The notes: a model not told the origin generated them from the letters alone. A stretch of 64,000 bases of DNA from an uncultured Alphaproteobacteria bacterium (GCA_963791495.1 CAWBST010000021.1:136515-200514); one strand, 5' to 3'. Shown: positions 1 through 10,110, counted from the stretch's first letter. Made by a program: numbers and translations.

Positions 1-894
1 GCGGTTGATCCCCTTGCACACCGTCTCCGGTGAGCCGACCAGGGTGGTGCCCATCTTCACGCCCTCGCGCAGCGGATCGTCAGCGCGCCCCGGCGGACGA
101 CCGAGCGTGTCCTCGAAGTAGGTCTGCGTTTCGATCCGCTCGCCCTTCTTCACCTCCGCCAGCGCCTGCTCGTCATCCTCCGCGATGTGCGCATTGACAA
201 CCACACGCCAGTTCTTGCGGTCCATGGTCTTGCCGTTCTTCGCGGCTGCTTCTTCGGCGATCTTCCATTGACTTGCGAGCGCTTCAGGACCGCCAGGCAG
301 ACCCGCGCCGATCGATAGCACACCGACACCGTGAGTCCCGGCCGCGATCATGCCGAACGGAGTGATCGTGCTGGCGACCGCGATCTCGAAATGCGGATCA
401 GTGTACGGCGCAAGATGCAGCCGGGCATCATTCAGCTCGAACCAGTCGGTCTTCATCGTCACCGGCTCTTCGCATTTCAACAGCCGCATGATGGCGTCCA
501 TCGCCTCCAGCATGCGCGGACGCTGCGTGCTGGGCTCGATCCCGAGCATGTAGGCATCCGACGTCAGCGCGCCCGGACCGCACCCCATCATCGCCCGCCC
601 GCGCGTCATGTGGTCGAGTTGCACGAAGCGCTGCGCCACGAGGAACGGATGGTGATACGGGAGGCTGGTCACACCTGTGCCGAGGCGGATGTGCTTGGTG
701 CGCTCCGCGGCAGCGGCAATGATCAGCTCGGGCAGTGCGATCAGTTCCCAGCCGGCGGAATGGTGCTCACCGATCCAGGCCTCGTCGTAGCCCAGCCAAT
801 CCAGCCACTCGAGGAGTTCGATGTCGCGATTGATCGCCAGCGTGGGATTTTCACCGACTCGGTGGAACGGTGCCAGAAAGATGCCGAACTTCAT
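1..894 (-). CDS. LLM-class (luciferase-like) flavin-dependent monooxygenase; C-terminal end lies outside the window
   Basis: Own reverse translation from the ATG at complement 892-894 gives MKFGIFLAPFHRVGENPTLAINRDIELLEWLDWLGYDEAWIGEHHSAGWE..., a typical LLM N-terminus. It stays open to position 1, so it is missing from the ORF track. Confidence 0.75.
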   Translation of the reverse strand, partial: MKFGIFLAPFHRVGENPTLAINRDIELLEWLDWLGYDEAWIGEHHSAGWELIALPELIIAAAAERTKHIRLGTGVTSLPYHHPFLVAQRFVQLDHMTRGRAMMGCGPGALTSDAYMLGIEPSTQRPRMLEAMDAIMRLLKCEEPVTMKTDWFELNDARLHLAPYTDPHFEIAVASTITPFGMIAAGTHGVGVLSIGAGLPGGPEALASQWKIAEEAAAKNGKTMDRKNWRVVVNAHIAEDDEQALAEVKKGERIETQTYFEDTLGRPPGRADDPLREGVKMGTTLVGSPETVCKGINR

Positions 895-1022
895 GCCGCG
901 ATGGGCCATGTGCCTACACTCCACGTCTCTCGTCGGCACATCGTGCAACGTTCGACGCTGGTAGCCAAGCCGCGCTGCGCGTGGCAGCCTGAACGGCAGC
1001 CAGTGTTCGGGAGGGACGAAGC

Positions 1023-1775
1023 ATGCGCCTGGAAGGAAAGGTGGCAATCATCAGCGGTGCAGCCTCGGGCATGGGAGCCGCGACGGCGCGGCGTTTCGCC
1101 AAGGAAGGCGCCAAGGTGGTGATCGGCGACACGCTGGAGGAAGACGGCAAGAAGGTTGCCGCAGATATCACACGCGCAAACGGCACCGCGGAGTTCATGC
1201 GCCTCGACGTCACCAGTGAAGACGACTGGAAGGCAGTGGTCGCTGCGACCGTGCGGGAGTATGGCAAGCTTGATATCCTGGTGAACAATGCGGGCATCAG
1301 CGGCAGCGCGGTGTCCGACATGCTTGACACCGACGCATGGGACAGACTGATGGCGGTGAATTCGCGCGGCGTGTTCCTGGGCACCAAACACGCCGTGTTG
1401 GCGATGAAGCAGGCCAGCGGCGGATCGATCGTCAACCTGTCGTCGATCTCGGGTGTGACCGGCCAGACGATGACCCATATGGGCTACAATGCATCGAAGG
1501 GCGCGGTGCGCACGCTGACGAAATCGACTGCGGTGCAGTTCGGGCGCGACGGCATCCGCGCCAATTCCGTGCATCCGGGGCTGATGCCGCCGATGCGCAC
1601 GTCAGGTGCGACGGCGGATCCAGCCGTTCGGGAAAGGATGCTGCAGGGAGTGCCGCTGCGCCGCGCCGGCGAGGTTGATGAGGTAGCCAATGCCGTGCTG
1701 TTCCTGGCCTCGGACGAGGCCTCGTACATCACCGGTGCGGAACTTTATGTCGATGGCGGCTACCTCGCCACGTGA
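1023..1775 (+). CDS. SDR-family short-chain dehydrogenase/reductase
   Basis: 250 aa. Glycine-rich cofactor motif GAASGMGAA, NNAG, and catalytic Y-x3-K (YNASK). Confidence 0.9.
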   Translation: MRLEGKVAIISGAASGMGAATARRFAKEGAKVVIGDTLEEDGKKVAADITRANGTAEFMRLDVTSEDDWKAVVAATVREYGKLDILVNNAGISGSAVSDMLDTDAWDRLMAVNSRGVFLGTKHAVLAMKQASGGSIVNLSSISGVTGQTMTHMGYNASKGAVRTLTKSTAVQFGRDGIRANSVHPGLMPPMRTSGATADPAVRERMLQGVPLRRAGEVDEVANAVLFLASDEASYITGAELYVDGGYLAT

Positions 1776-2590
1776 GTGGAGGGCAAGGGATGACGCTCAG
1801 CAGGCAACAGCTTCAGCAGTTCGAAAGGGAGGGCTACCTGTTCTTGCCGGACCTGTTCTCGGCCGAGGAGGTCGCGGTGCTTCGCGACGAGGCAGTGGCG
1901 ATCTTCCGCACCGATCGCAAGGAGATCTGGCGCGAGAAGTCAGGCTCGCCCCGCACGGCATTCGCCGCTCACACCTACAATGAGGGGTTTCGTTTGCTGG
2001 GCGCGCACCCGCGCATGATCCGTCCCGTCGAGCAGGTGTTCGGCGAGCAGCTTTACATGCATCAGTTCAAGATCAACGCGAAATCTGCGTTCGATGGCGA
2101 AGTGTGGCAGTGGCATCAGGATTACGGAACCTGGGCGCGCGACGACGGCATGCCGGAACCGCGGGCGATGAATATCGCGGTCTTCGTCGACGAGGTATTG
2201 CCGATCAACGGCCCGCTGATGCTGGTACCGCGCAGCCACACGGAGGGCGTGTTGAAGGCAGGCCATGACACCTCGACCACGTCCTATCCGCTGTGGACGC
2301 TGGACAACGCGACAGTGGAGCGGCTGGTAAGGCAGGGTGGCATCGTCACACCGACCGGCAAGCCGGGCGCGCTGCTGATGTTCCACGGTAATCTCGTCCA
2401 CGGCTCGGCGGGGAACATCACGCCCTACCCCCGCAAGATTGTGTATCTCACGCTGAATGCGGTATCGAACTACATCCGCACGCCGACACGCCCAGATTGG
2501 ATTGCGCACCGCGATTTCCGGCCGATCGAGCCGGTCGAGGATGATGCGCTGCTGCGATACGCGCGGAGTTATCGCGCCGCGGCGGAATAG
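1772..2590 (+). CDS. Ectoine-hydroxylase-like Fe(II)/2-oxoglutarate dioxygenase (PhyH superfamily)
   Basis: WQWHQDYGTWARDDGMPEP resembles the EctD signature (WHSDFETWH-EDGMP). HGSAGNITPYPR matches the distal His region. GTGA overlap with the SDR stop. Alternative ATG at 1790 behind GGAGGG. Confidence 0.75.
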   Translation: MSGGQGMTLSRQQLQQFEREGYLFLPDLFSAEEVAVLRDEAVAIFRTDRKEIWREKSGSPRTAFAAHTYNEGFRLLGAHPRMIRPVEQVFGEQLYMHQFKINAKSAFDGEVWQWHQDYGTWARDDGMPEPRAMNIAVFVDEVLPINGPLMLVPRSHTEGVLKAGHDTSTTSYPLWTLDNATVERLVRQGGIVTPTGKPGALLMFHGNLVHGSAGNITPYPRKIVYLTLNAVSNYIRTPTRPDWIAHRDFRPIEPVEDDALLRYARSYRAAAE

Positions 2591-2641
2591 GTTGGCGAGG
2601 CCCACGTCAAGCAATTTGCTCCGACGCTTGCGAATGCAATA

Positions 2642-3265
2642 TCAGAGGCGTTTGACGAAGTCTGCCAGCCCTATTTGTCTCGTCGTTACTAGCCGCGCAG
2701 CCTGTAGTACGGCACGCACCGAGGTGATTGCCTGAGGGAGATCGTGATTCACCACGACGTGATCAAATTCCGACCAATGGCTGATCTCGTCACGCGCTAA
2801 TTCCATCCGACGCGCGATCTCGGCCGCATCTTCACCAGACCGTTGATGCAGCCGGTCTTCCAGCGCAGCCAGCATCGGTGGAAGGATGAAGACGCCAACG
2901 ACATCACCAGGAAGGGCCGTGCGCAATTGGCGATGACCCTGCCAGTCGATGTCGAACACCAGGTCCTTACCGGTCCGAAGTGCCTGCTCCACTGGGGCAC
3001 TTGGCGTGCCATAGCAGTGCAGACCCAACACGCGCGCCCATTCCAGGAGCTCATCAGCTGCGATCATGCGGTCAAATGTGGACTGATTCCGAAAGTGATA
3101 ATCGACCCCGTCAACCTCACTGGGGCGTGGCGCGCGCGTGGTGACGCTAATCGAGCGCCGCAGGTTGGGATCACTTGCCAGCAGTGCATCGGCGATCGCA
3201 GTCTTGCCAGCACCCGATGGTGCGGACAGCACCAGGCAGACGCCGCGTCGCACGATCTTGCTCAT
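2642..3265 (-). CDS. gmk: Guanylate kinase
   Basis: P-loop SAPSGAGKT and TTRAPRPSEVDGVDYHF. Start placed at the internal ATG (MSKIVRRG...), which overlaps the yicC stop. The upstream part of the ORF is Ala/Gly junk. Confidence 0.9.
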   Translation of the reverse strand: MSKIVRRGVCLVLSAPSGAGKTAIADALLASDPNLRRSISVTTRAPRPSEVDGVDYHFRNQSTFDRMIAADELLEWARVLGLHCYGTPSAPVEQALRTGKDLVFDIDWQGHRQLRTALPGDVVGVFILPPMLAALEDRLHQRSGEDAAEIARRMELARDEISHWSEFDHVVVNHDLPQAITSVRAVLQAARLVTTRQIGLADFVKRL

Positions 3266-4140
3266 TCGATGTTCTGCACCTGCTCGCGCAACTGTTCGAT
3301 CGTCGCTTTCAGCTGCAGACCCGTCGCAGTCAGCGGCACCGACGCCGACTTGCTGCACAGGGTATTGGCCTCGCGGTTGAATTCCTGCACCAGAAAGTCG
3401 AATCGCCTGCCAACGTTCACGCCCTCAAGTAGCAGTGCGTGTGCCGCCTCGATGTGGCTCGCGAGCCGATCCAGCTCCTCTCGGACGTCGGAGCGTGCAG
3501 CGAGCAGCGCGACTTCCTGCGCTATGCGCTCCTCCGGCAGCGTGGGCGCCTCGCACAACAGCGCGGTCAAATTCTCCATAATCCGAGCTCGCTGCACCGC
3601 AGGCTGATCGGCTGCTTCCGCCACCGCCTGTCGATGCAGACCGGCGATCTCACCCAAAAGTCTGTTGAGCATCGAAGCCAGCCGCGCACCCTCGGCTTGG
3701 CGCGCCGCCACCAACTCCTTCAGTGCGCGTGAAAACCCTGCCGAAACAACACCAGGATCAATCATCTCGTCGGCTTGCACCGGGCGCAGTACACCCGGCA
3801 AGCCGAGCAGCACCTCGGCGCGCGGTGCCGGGCTGCCGGCAATGCGCTCGTGCAGTTCCAGTGCCAGCGTCAACGCCTGCTCCAGCGCAACCGGATCAGC
3901 TACGAGCCGCGGTTCGCTCTCCCGCTTGACCTTCAGATTCGCGGTGACAGATCCGCGCCTCAGCGCTTTGCTGGCAGCCTCGCGCAGCACGGGCTCAAGA
4001 GCGTCCGAACCCGGCGGCAAGCGGAAGCGCAGATCGAGCCCACGGGCGTTGACGCTGCGCAGTTCCCATGCCCAGGCGAGATCAGCCGTGCTCCCCTCCG
4101 CGTGGGCGAATCCGGTCATCGACGCGATTGCGTTGCTCAT
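3262..4140 (-). CDS. yicC: YicC-family stress-induced protein (UPF0701)
   Basis: 292 aa. SMTGFA N-terminus, ELRSVNARGLD, FDFLVQEFNREANT, and C-terminal LREQVQNIE. Confidence 0.85.
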   Translation of the reverse strand: MSNAIASMTGFAHAEGSTADLAWAWELRSVNARGLDLRFRLPPGSDALEPVLREAASKALRRGSVTANLKVKRESEPRLVADPVALEQALTLALELHERIAGSPAPRAEVLLGLPGVLRPVQADEMIDPGVVSAGFSRALKELVAARQAEGARLASMLNRLLGEIAGLHRQAVAEAADQPAVQRARIMENLTALLCEAPTLPEERIAQEVALLAARSDVREELDRLASHIEAAHALLLEGVNVGRRFDFLVQEFNREANTLCSKSASVPLTATGLQLKATIEQLREQVQNIE

Positions 4141-4242
4141 GCCGCTGGTAGTCTATCAGCTGTTCCGGACATCGAATATCCATCGCCGGTGGACGTTCGC
4201 ACGTCCCTGATCACCGGCGCGTCGGGCCGTCCGCTGCTGGCC

Positions 4243-4815
4243 TTAAGCCGGGGGCTGCTCCGGCTCGGTGCCGCCATCGAACACCGCGGTGAAGTCGGAG
4301 GCGACGTCTTCCTCTTCCTCCGCGCCCACTCGTTCGCCGCGTGCCTGCCGCTCCGCTTCCTCTTGGCTCCGTGCGACGTTGACGATAACCGGTACCGACA
4401 CCTCTGGGTGCAGCGCCACGCGCACACGAGCCAACCCGAGCGTCTTGATCGGATGCTCCAGCAGCACCTGCTGCCGGTTGATGGTCAACCCCGCCTCCGT
4501 GGTTGCCTCAGCGACATTGCGGGCAGACACCGAGCCGTACAGGCTCCCCGACTCACCCGCCTGGCGGATGATCACCACTGACAGCCCTATGACACGCTCC
4601 GCCACCCGCTCCGCCTCCTCGCGTCGCTTCAGGTTCTGCGCTTCGAGCTGGGCACGCTCCTGCTCGAAGCGGGCCAGATTGTTCTTGCTGGCGCGCAGCG
4701 CCTTCTTCTGTGGCAGCAGGTAGTTGCGGGCGAAGCCGGGCCGCACCTTCACCATATCACCCATCTGCCCGAGCTTCTCGACACGCTGGAGCAGGATCAG
4801 TTCAACCTCGGCCAT
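4243..4815 (-). CDS. rplI: 50S ribosomal protein L9
   Basis: [37 protein letters not shown]-terminus. Follows rpsR. Confidence 0.95.
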   Translation of the reverse strand: MAEVELILLQRVEKLGQMGDMVKVRPGFARNYLLPQKKALRASKNNLARFEQERAQLEAQNLKRREEAERVAERVIGLSVVIIRQAGESGSLYGSVSARNVAEATTEAGLTINRQQVLLEHPIKTLGLARVRVALHPEVSVPVIVNVARSQEEAERQARGERVGAEEEEDVASDFTAVFDGGTEPEQPPA

Positions 4816-4826
4816 AATCCGCTCCG

Positions 4827-5102
4827 TCAGCTCACGATGTACGGCAAGAGGGCGAGGAAGCGCGCACGCTTGATCGCCACCGCAAGCTCGCGCTGCTTCC
4901 TGGCCGAGACCGCGGTGATTCGGCTGGGCACGATTTTGCCACGCTCCGACAAGAAGCGGGACAGCAGGCGCACGTCCTTATAGTCGATCTTCGGCGCGTT
5001 CGGACCCGAGAACGGACAAGACTTGCGACGGCGGTAGAACGGCCGGCGGGCGCCAACGGCGGTGCGACGCGCGGCCGGGCTGACTTCTGCGGTATCAGAC
5101 AT
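4827..5102 (-). CDS. rpsR: 30S ribosomal protein S18
   Basis: [12 protein letters not shown]...[25 protein letters not shown] motif. Confidence 0.95.
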   Translation of the reverse strand: MSDTAEVSPAARRTAVGARRPFYRRRKSCPFSGPNAPKIDYKDVRLLSRFLSERGKIVPSRITAVSARKQRELAVAIKRARFLALLPYIVS

Positions 5103-5105
5103 GAC

Positions 5106-5570
5106 TCACTCCTCCGCTCCGGGGCGGAATTCCTCACGGAACTCCTCACGCGCGCGGAACTCCTCGCGATCGTCGAAGCCGCGGCGGCGGCCACTGTCGA
5201 ACCGTCCAGCAGGCCTCGGGCCACGAAAGCCACGCTCCCTGTCGTCCGACTTGCGCGACAGGATCGCCGAGGGGGCTTCCTCGATGTCGTCGACGCGGAG
5301 GGTCATGAAGCGGAGGATGTCTTCATTCAGGCCGAGCTGGCGCTCCATCTCGGTGACGAAGGCCGGCTTTGCGTCAAGGCCAAGCAGCATGTAGTGGCCC
5401 TTGCGGTTCTTCTTGATTCGATAGGCCAAGCTCCGCAGGCCCCAGTATTCGCGCTTCTTCACAGCGCCGCCATCGGTTTCGAGCTGGCTGGCGATGTCGT
5501 CGGCGATGCCGTCGACCTGCTGCTGTGTCACGTCGTTGCGTGCGATCAGCACGCATTCATAAAGCGGCAT
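5106..5570 (-). CDS. rpsF: 30S ribosomal protein S6
   Basis: MPLYECVLIARNDVTQQQV start at the internal ATG behind AGGGAG. Acidic/Arg-rich C-terminal tail. Confidence 0.93.
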   Translation of the reverse strand: MPLYECVLIARNDVTQQQVDGIADDIASQLETDGGAVKKREYWGLRSLAYRIKKNRKGHYMLLGLDAKPAFVTEMERQLGLNEDILRFMTLRVDDIEEAPSAILSRKSDDRERGFRGPRPAGRFDSGRRRGFDDREEFRAREEFREEFRPGAEE

Positions 5571-5682
5571 GATGGGCTCCCTATGGCTGGAGGTCCGCGG
5601 GGGTGCGGGCATAGCCGGGGACGATGCCGTCGCCGCCCGGCAGGGAAGCCGGGGTTAAGCACGAATGGGGGAAGAGAGGCAA

Positions 5683-5714
5683 GGGTGCGTGGTGCCTCTA
5701 CGCACCACGCACCC
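5683..5714 (-). terminator. Putative intrinsic terminator after the NHL gene
   Basis: Perfect 13-bp inverted repeat GGGTGCGTGGTGC / GCACCACGCACCC with a 6-nt loop, 11 nt past the NHL stop. Followed on the - strand by TTGCCTCTCTT. Confidence 0.55.
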
Positions 5715-5725
5715 GACTGCCAGCG

Positions 5726-6826
5726 CTACAGGTTCGCCTGGAAGTCCTGGTAATCCCGCACCTTCTTGTACACTTGCAGCCGGTTGCGCTGGCTGTCGGC
5801 CACGATGATCTCATCCGTCGCCGGATTGAAGTCGACCGCCGTCGGGAAGCAGAACCGGTACAGCGGCTCTGAGTTGCGCACCCGGCGATACGCCTTCATC
5901 ATGTCGGGGTTGGCATCGACACTCTGCTTGGCCCACTTCGAGAACACCTGGGCGTCGCCGTACAGGTTGGTCAGCGGCGTGCCGTCGGCCTCGAAGATGG
6001 AGACCCGGTGGTTTCCCCAATCGGTGACGTAGATGTCGCCATCGGGGTCCACCGCCACGTCGGTCGGGTGATTGAGCAGACCGGCCTTCGGATAGTGGGA
6101 CTCCGGCAGGCTGGAGACGAACGGTCCCAGGTAGGTGACCGCGAAGGCGTCATCAGGATGCGGAAGCTCCCCGTACTGGCCGATCGACATCAGGAAGTGG
6201 CCCTGCGGCGACAGCTTCTGCACGCGATGGTTCTTCCAGTCGGCGACGTAGATGTTGCCGCCCTTGTCGGTCGTGATGCCCCAGGGCTGGTTGAACTCGC
6301 CATTGCCCGATCCGGCCTTGCCACACTGGGCGACCAGCTTGCCCTCTGGCGAGAACACCTGCAGCCGGTTGTTGCCGCTATCGACGACGATGAGGTTGCC
6401 GTTCTTCTCGACCGCGAGCCCAGCCGGACGCAACAACTCGCCGTCGCCGCTGCCGGTTGAGCCGAACTTGTACTGGAACTTGCCGTTCGGATCGAACACC
6501 GAGATGGTGTTGGTCCACTCATCCGAACAGAACACCCGGCCGTCGTTGCCGACTGCGACGCCGAACGGCCATGTGGCCTTGCCGTCGCCTTGGCCATGCT
6601 GGAAGAACTCGGCCACCAGTTCCTCATCGCCGGCGCCGCCAAGCTTGATGCGGTTCACCCGCATTCCGAAATTGTTCTCGTTGCCGCGGTTGGCGGTGTA
6701 GAGATCACCCTCGTTGCCCAGGCACATCGTCTGGACGTAGTTGAACCCGGTGCCTGTCGCCGCACCACGTCCGATGGCATGGCTCCAGTCATAGGCCCTG
6801 CCTCGAACGACTGTCGTTAGCGCCAT
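5726..6826 (-). CDS. NHL-repeat beta-propeller protein, no signal peptide
   Basis: 366 aa with repeated blades such as GSGDGELLRPAGLAVEKNGNLIVVDSGNNRLQVF and GSGNGEFNQPWGITTDKGGNIYVADWKNHRVQKL. SD GGGAGGGG. Confidence 0.8.
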   Translation of the reverse strand: MALTTVVRGRAYDWSHAIGRGAATGTGFNYVQTMCLGNEGDLYTANRGNENNFGMRVNRIKLGGAGDEELVAEFFQHGQGDGKATWPFGVAVGNDGRVFCSDEWTNTISVFDPNGKFQYKFGSTGSGDGELLRPAGLAVEKNGNLIVVDSGNNRLQVFSPEGKLVAQCGKAGSGNGEFNQPWGITTDKGGNIYVADWKNHRVQKLSPQGHFLMSIGQYGELPHPDDAFAVTYLGPFVSSLPESHYPKAGLLNHPTDVAVDPDGDIYVTDWGNHRVSIFEADGTPLTNLYGDAQVFSKWAKQSVDANPDMMKAYRRVRNSEPLYRFCFPTAVDFNPATDEIIVADSQRNRLQVYKKVRDYQDFQANL

Positions 6827-6858
6827 AATCCCCTCCCTTCCTCAATAAGCCAAAGCCC

Positions 6859-6895
6859 GCCCTCGTTCCCCGGATCGCATTCAGGGAACGAGGGC
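6859..6895 (-). other. Intercistronic hairpin between the DUF1501 and NHL genes
   Basis: Perfect 12-bp inverted repeat GCCCTCGTTCCC / GGGAACGAGGGC with a 13-nt loop. Could be an attenuator or an mRNA-stability element. Confidence 0.4.
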
Positions 6896-6914
6896 AGTCG
6901 CGTCTCCGCCTTGC

Positions 6915-8051
6915 CTAGTGAAGGAAGGCCGGCTTCTCGTAGGTGCCGTTGACGATCGGCGCCGGGTTCATGCCCATCCACTTGTCGAGAATGGTCGAGT
7001 AGATGCTGCGGAAGTCCATGCTCGGGTTCAGATCGCCCTGCACGAGCTTGTTCGCATCAAGCGACGGGTATTCGCCGTAGTGCCCGCCCTTCACCTTGTC
7101 GCCCAGCACGAATGTGGCACCGGCGGCGCCGTGGTCGGTGCCGGAGCCGTTGTCGCGCACGCGGCGGCCGAACTCCGAGAACATCAGCACGATGACATTG
7201 TCAGCCGCGTTGTGCGCACGCAGGTCGGTCATGAAGGCGTCGAGGCCTTCGGTGACAGCGGTCCACAGACCGGCGTGCAGCGGGGTCTGACCCGCATGCG
7301 AGTCGAAGCTGCCATGGTCGCAGTAGAAGACCCGCGTGCCGAGGTTCGCGAGATGCACCTGGGCGATGCCGCGGAGCTTCTGCGCGATCGTGGTATTCGG
7401 ATACTTCACGTCCGACTTGTACATGCCCGGCGCCACTTTCAGGATGTCGGCGCCCTTAAGTCCGTCGAGGCCGGTGGTGCCAAGATACTCCATGACACCG
7501 CTGCCCTCGATCGGCTGATACATGTGGGAGAACGTCTCCAACACCTTCAGCCGTTGCGCCTGGTCGCGGATCGTCGGCAGGAAGCCGTACTGCTCGAGCG
7601 GCCCGGCCACGCAGGCGACCGGAACGTTGGGCACCGCGAGAGCGCGGAACAGGCACGGCCCGAAGCTCACGGCTGTGACGACGTTCTCCTTCTTCGGGTC
7701 GATCTCGCGTACCACGCGGCCCAGCCAGCCTTCGGTGCCGACCTTCTCGGCCTCGCAGGTATGCCAGATATCCATCGAGCGGAAGTGCGACCGCGGAGAA
7801 TCGAGGTAGCCGACGCCGTGCATGATGGCGAGCTTGTCGTCATCCCAGAACTTCTTCAGCGGCGCCATGTAGTTCGGGATGGCGTGGGCCTGGTCCAGGT
7901 GGACCATGTCGCTGTCGGCGATGCTGACCGCCTTGCGATTGTCCTTGTACAGGCCGTTGTTGTACGGGATCACGGTGTTCAGGTAGTCGTTGCCGCCGGT
8001 GAGCTGCAACACGACCACCACCGGATCCTTCGATTGCTGCGTTGCCGACAT
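6915..8051 (-). CDS. DUF1501 domain protein (sulfatase-like fold), no Tat/Sec leader
   Basis: LQLTGGNDYLNTVIPY and FSEFGRRVRDNGSGTDHG motifs. Sits directly downstream of a DUF1800 gene, as is usual for this pair. Confidence 0.8.
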   Translation of the reverse strand: MSATQQSKDPVVVVLQLTGGNDYLNTVIPYNNGLYKDNRKAVSIADSDMVHLDQAHAIPNYMAPLKKFWDDDKLAIMHGVGYLDSPRSHFRSMDIWHTCEAEKVGTEGWLGRVVREIDPKKENVVTAVSFGPCLFRALAVPNVPVACVAGPLEQYGFLPTIRDQAQRLKVLETFSHMYQPIEGSGVMEYLGTTGLDGLKGADILKVAPGMYKSDVKYPNTTIAQKLRGIAQVHLANLGTRVFYCDHGSFDSHAGQTPLHAGLWTAVTEGLDAFMTDLRAHNAADNVIVLMFSEFGRRVRDNGSGTDHGAAGATFVLGDKVKGGHYGEYPSLDANKLVQGDLNPSMDFRSIYSTILDKWMGMNPAPIVNGTYEKPAFLH

Positions 8052-8085
8052 AGATTAGTTCCTCCTATCCGTTCCGTGTCATGTT

Positions 8086-9492
8086 TCAGCCGAACTGGTA
8101 TTCGCGCGTCGCCGCGATGAGCTGCATCATCTCGGCTGCGCGTCGTGTGGCGTTCTGCGCGCTGGCGTCGTTATCCCAGCTGATCTCGCCCCACTGCTTC
8201 GCCGCGTCGGTGAGCTCCTTCTTGGTGTCGGCGCTGACCTCCAGCGGCCCCATCTGATCGAGGCAGTTGGCCACCAGCTGGTCGGGCGTCTTGGTGCCCT
8301 GTGCCTTCAGGCGGTTGATGATCGCCTGAACGCCGGGAAGGTCGGGATTGCCGATCTGGGCTGCGACGAAGTTGATGCGCGACATCAGCGAGCCGCTGTT
8401 GATCCACTCCTTGCCGGTGTGCCAGCCCTCGACCGACGGCGGGTTGAGCAGGTCCTGGCCCATATAGGATGGCTGCATCGACAGCTCGCCGTAGCCAGGC
8501 TTGGGCAGCTCATAGCCGCCGACCAGGCGCAGCGTGCCGACGACCACCTCGGCCGGCGACTTCAGGTGCTGATAGCGGGCGTTCTTGAAGAAGTCCGACT
8601 TGAACAGGGCGCGCAGCACCGGGGTCATTTCGCACTTCAATTCCTGGAACGCTTTCATCAGCGTGGCCATCGCCTGAGGATCGCGCGGCTCCTCGATCGA
8701 CCACGCAGGCACCTGCGGCTCATCGGCGACGAAGAAGTTGTACAGATGCCGGCAGATGAACTTGGCACATGCAGGCTGCTGCACGACGATGTCGATGATG
8801 TCCTCGCCGTTGAAGTTGCCCTTGTGGCCGAGGAATGTCTTCTCGCCGTCGTCATGGTCCTCTGGGCGATATTCGAACTTCCACGGGAACCGCCCGTAGG
8901 GCAGCCGCGGCAGCTTCGTCTCGAAGGTCCAGCCGGTGAACGCACGCGAGGCCTCGCGGACATCCACCTCGGTGTAGTTGCCGGCGCCGAGGCTGAACAG
9001 CTCCAAGAGCTCGCGGCCCCAGTTCTCGTTCACCGCCGTGCCGTGATTCTGGTTGTTGTCCAGCCAGAAGATCATCGTCGGGTTCTTCGCGATCTTCAGC
9101 AGCAGGTCGCGATAGTTGCCCATGCCGTTCCTGCGGAACAGTTCGATCTGCTCCAGCAACTGGTCGTAGTTGTCCACCTTCGAGTTGCCGGTGGCGAATA
9201 CGCTGTGCCAGAACAGCGCCATCTTCTCTTCCAGCGGACGTTTTGTGTTCACCAGATAGTACATGTAGTTGACGTTGCCCATCGGGGGCTGACCGCCGGG
9301 CAGCAACGCCGCCGGCTGATGCCGTAGCAGCGTGTAGGGATCTACGGGCGGCTGCGTCTTAGGGTTCAGCAATTCCTCGACGGTCGCGTCGTAGCCCTTG
9401 GCCACACGCGCCTCGAGTTCATCACGGCTGGCTCCGAAGCCCGCACGCCGCATCAAATGGGCCATCAACGCGATGTCGTCCTGGTGTGCCAT
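8086..9492 (-). CDS. DUF1800 domain protein
   Basis: N-terminus MAHQDDIALMAHLMRRAGFGASRDELE. Start set at ATG 9492 behind GGGAGGAG. Partner of DUF1501. Confidence 0.8.
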   Translation of the reverse strand: MAHQDDIALMAHLMRRAGFGASRDELEARVAKGYDATVEELLNPKTQPPVDPYTLLRHQPAALLPGGQPPMGNVNYMYYLVNTKRPLEEKMALFWHSVFATGNSKVDNYDQLLEQIELFRRNGMGNYRDLLLKIAKNPTMIFWLDNNQNHGTAVNENWGRELLELFSLGAGNYTEVDVREASRAFTGWTFETKLPRLPYGRFPWKFEYRPEDHDDGEKTFLGHKGNFNGEDIIDIVVQQPACAKFICRHLYNFFVADEPQVPAWSIEEPRDPQAMATLMKAFQELKCEMTPVLRALFKSDFFKNARYQHLKSPAEVVVGTLRLVGGYELPKPGYGELSMQPSYMGQDLLNPPSVEGWHTGKEWINSGSLMSRINFVAAQIGNPDLPGVQAIINRLKAQGTKTPDQLVANCLDQMGPLEVSADTKKELTDAAKQWGEISWDNDASAQNATRRAAEMMQLIAATREYQFG

Positions 9493-10110
9493 GTTCACTC
9501 CTCCCACGTCAGCGATAAACTACTGTCATACTTCTGCCACTCCAGCGCCGCGCCCGCCGCGCGTTCAAACAAAGGAGGCGGCATCCGTACCTAACGCAAC
9601 TGTGCAACCCGCCACGCCGCACCTGTTCAGTCGACAGACGCATTCGAGGCGCTCGGCGCACGGACACGACCAACCCTGCCTCGCTCTCGCACCATGCCTG
9701 ATCACTACCGTTGCCACATCAGGGCAGCACACGTGTCACGTTTCCTGGCTCTGCAAGCCGCGCCTCGTTGCCGGTATCCTAGACCGGGCCGTGCTGCGGC
9801 AGACCGTATAGAGAAATCGACCACTAGTCAAAACTGTGCGAGCCCCGCGGCGCGCCGGTGTCAGCCACCGACCACAGCCAGTCTCGGTATCAGGACCGAT
9901 CATTCGCCCGCCAATCTCCCCACGCAGCGTGTGCGCTGCCGCATCTCTTCGCCATGAGGTCCCTTGACCATGCGGCCTGTCGGCCCGTGCCGGGATAGTC
10001 GCTCGCCGCCTGTCCGCCGTACCCACGCGCAACCAGTCTTTCGGGCAATCTTGCGGGGATCGGTTCATTTGTCCAATCTAAAGATGCGATTTCATCAATA
10101 GAGAGGGTGA

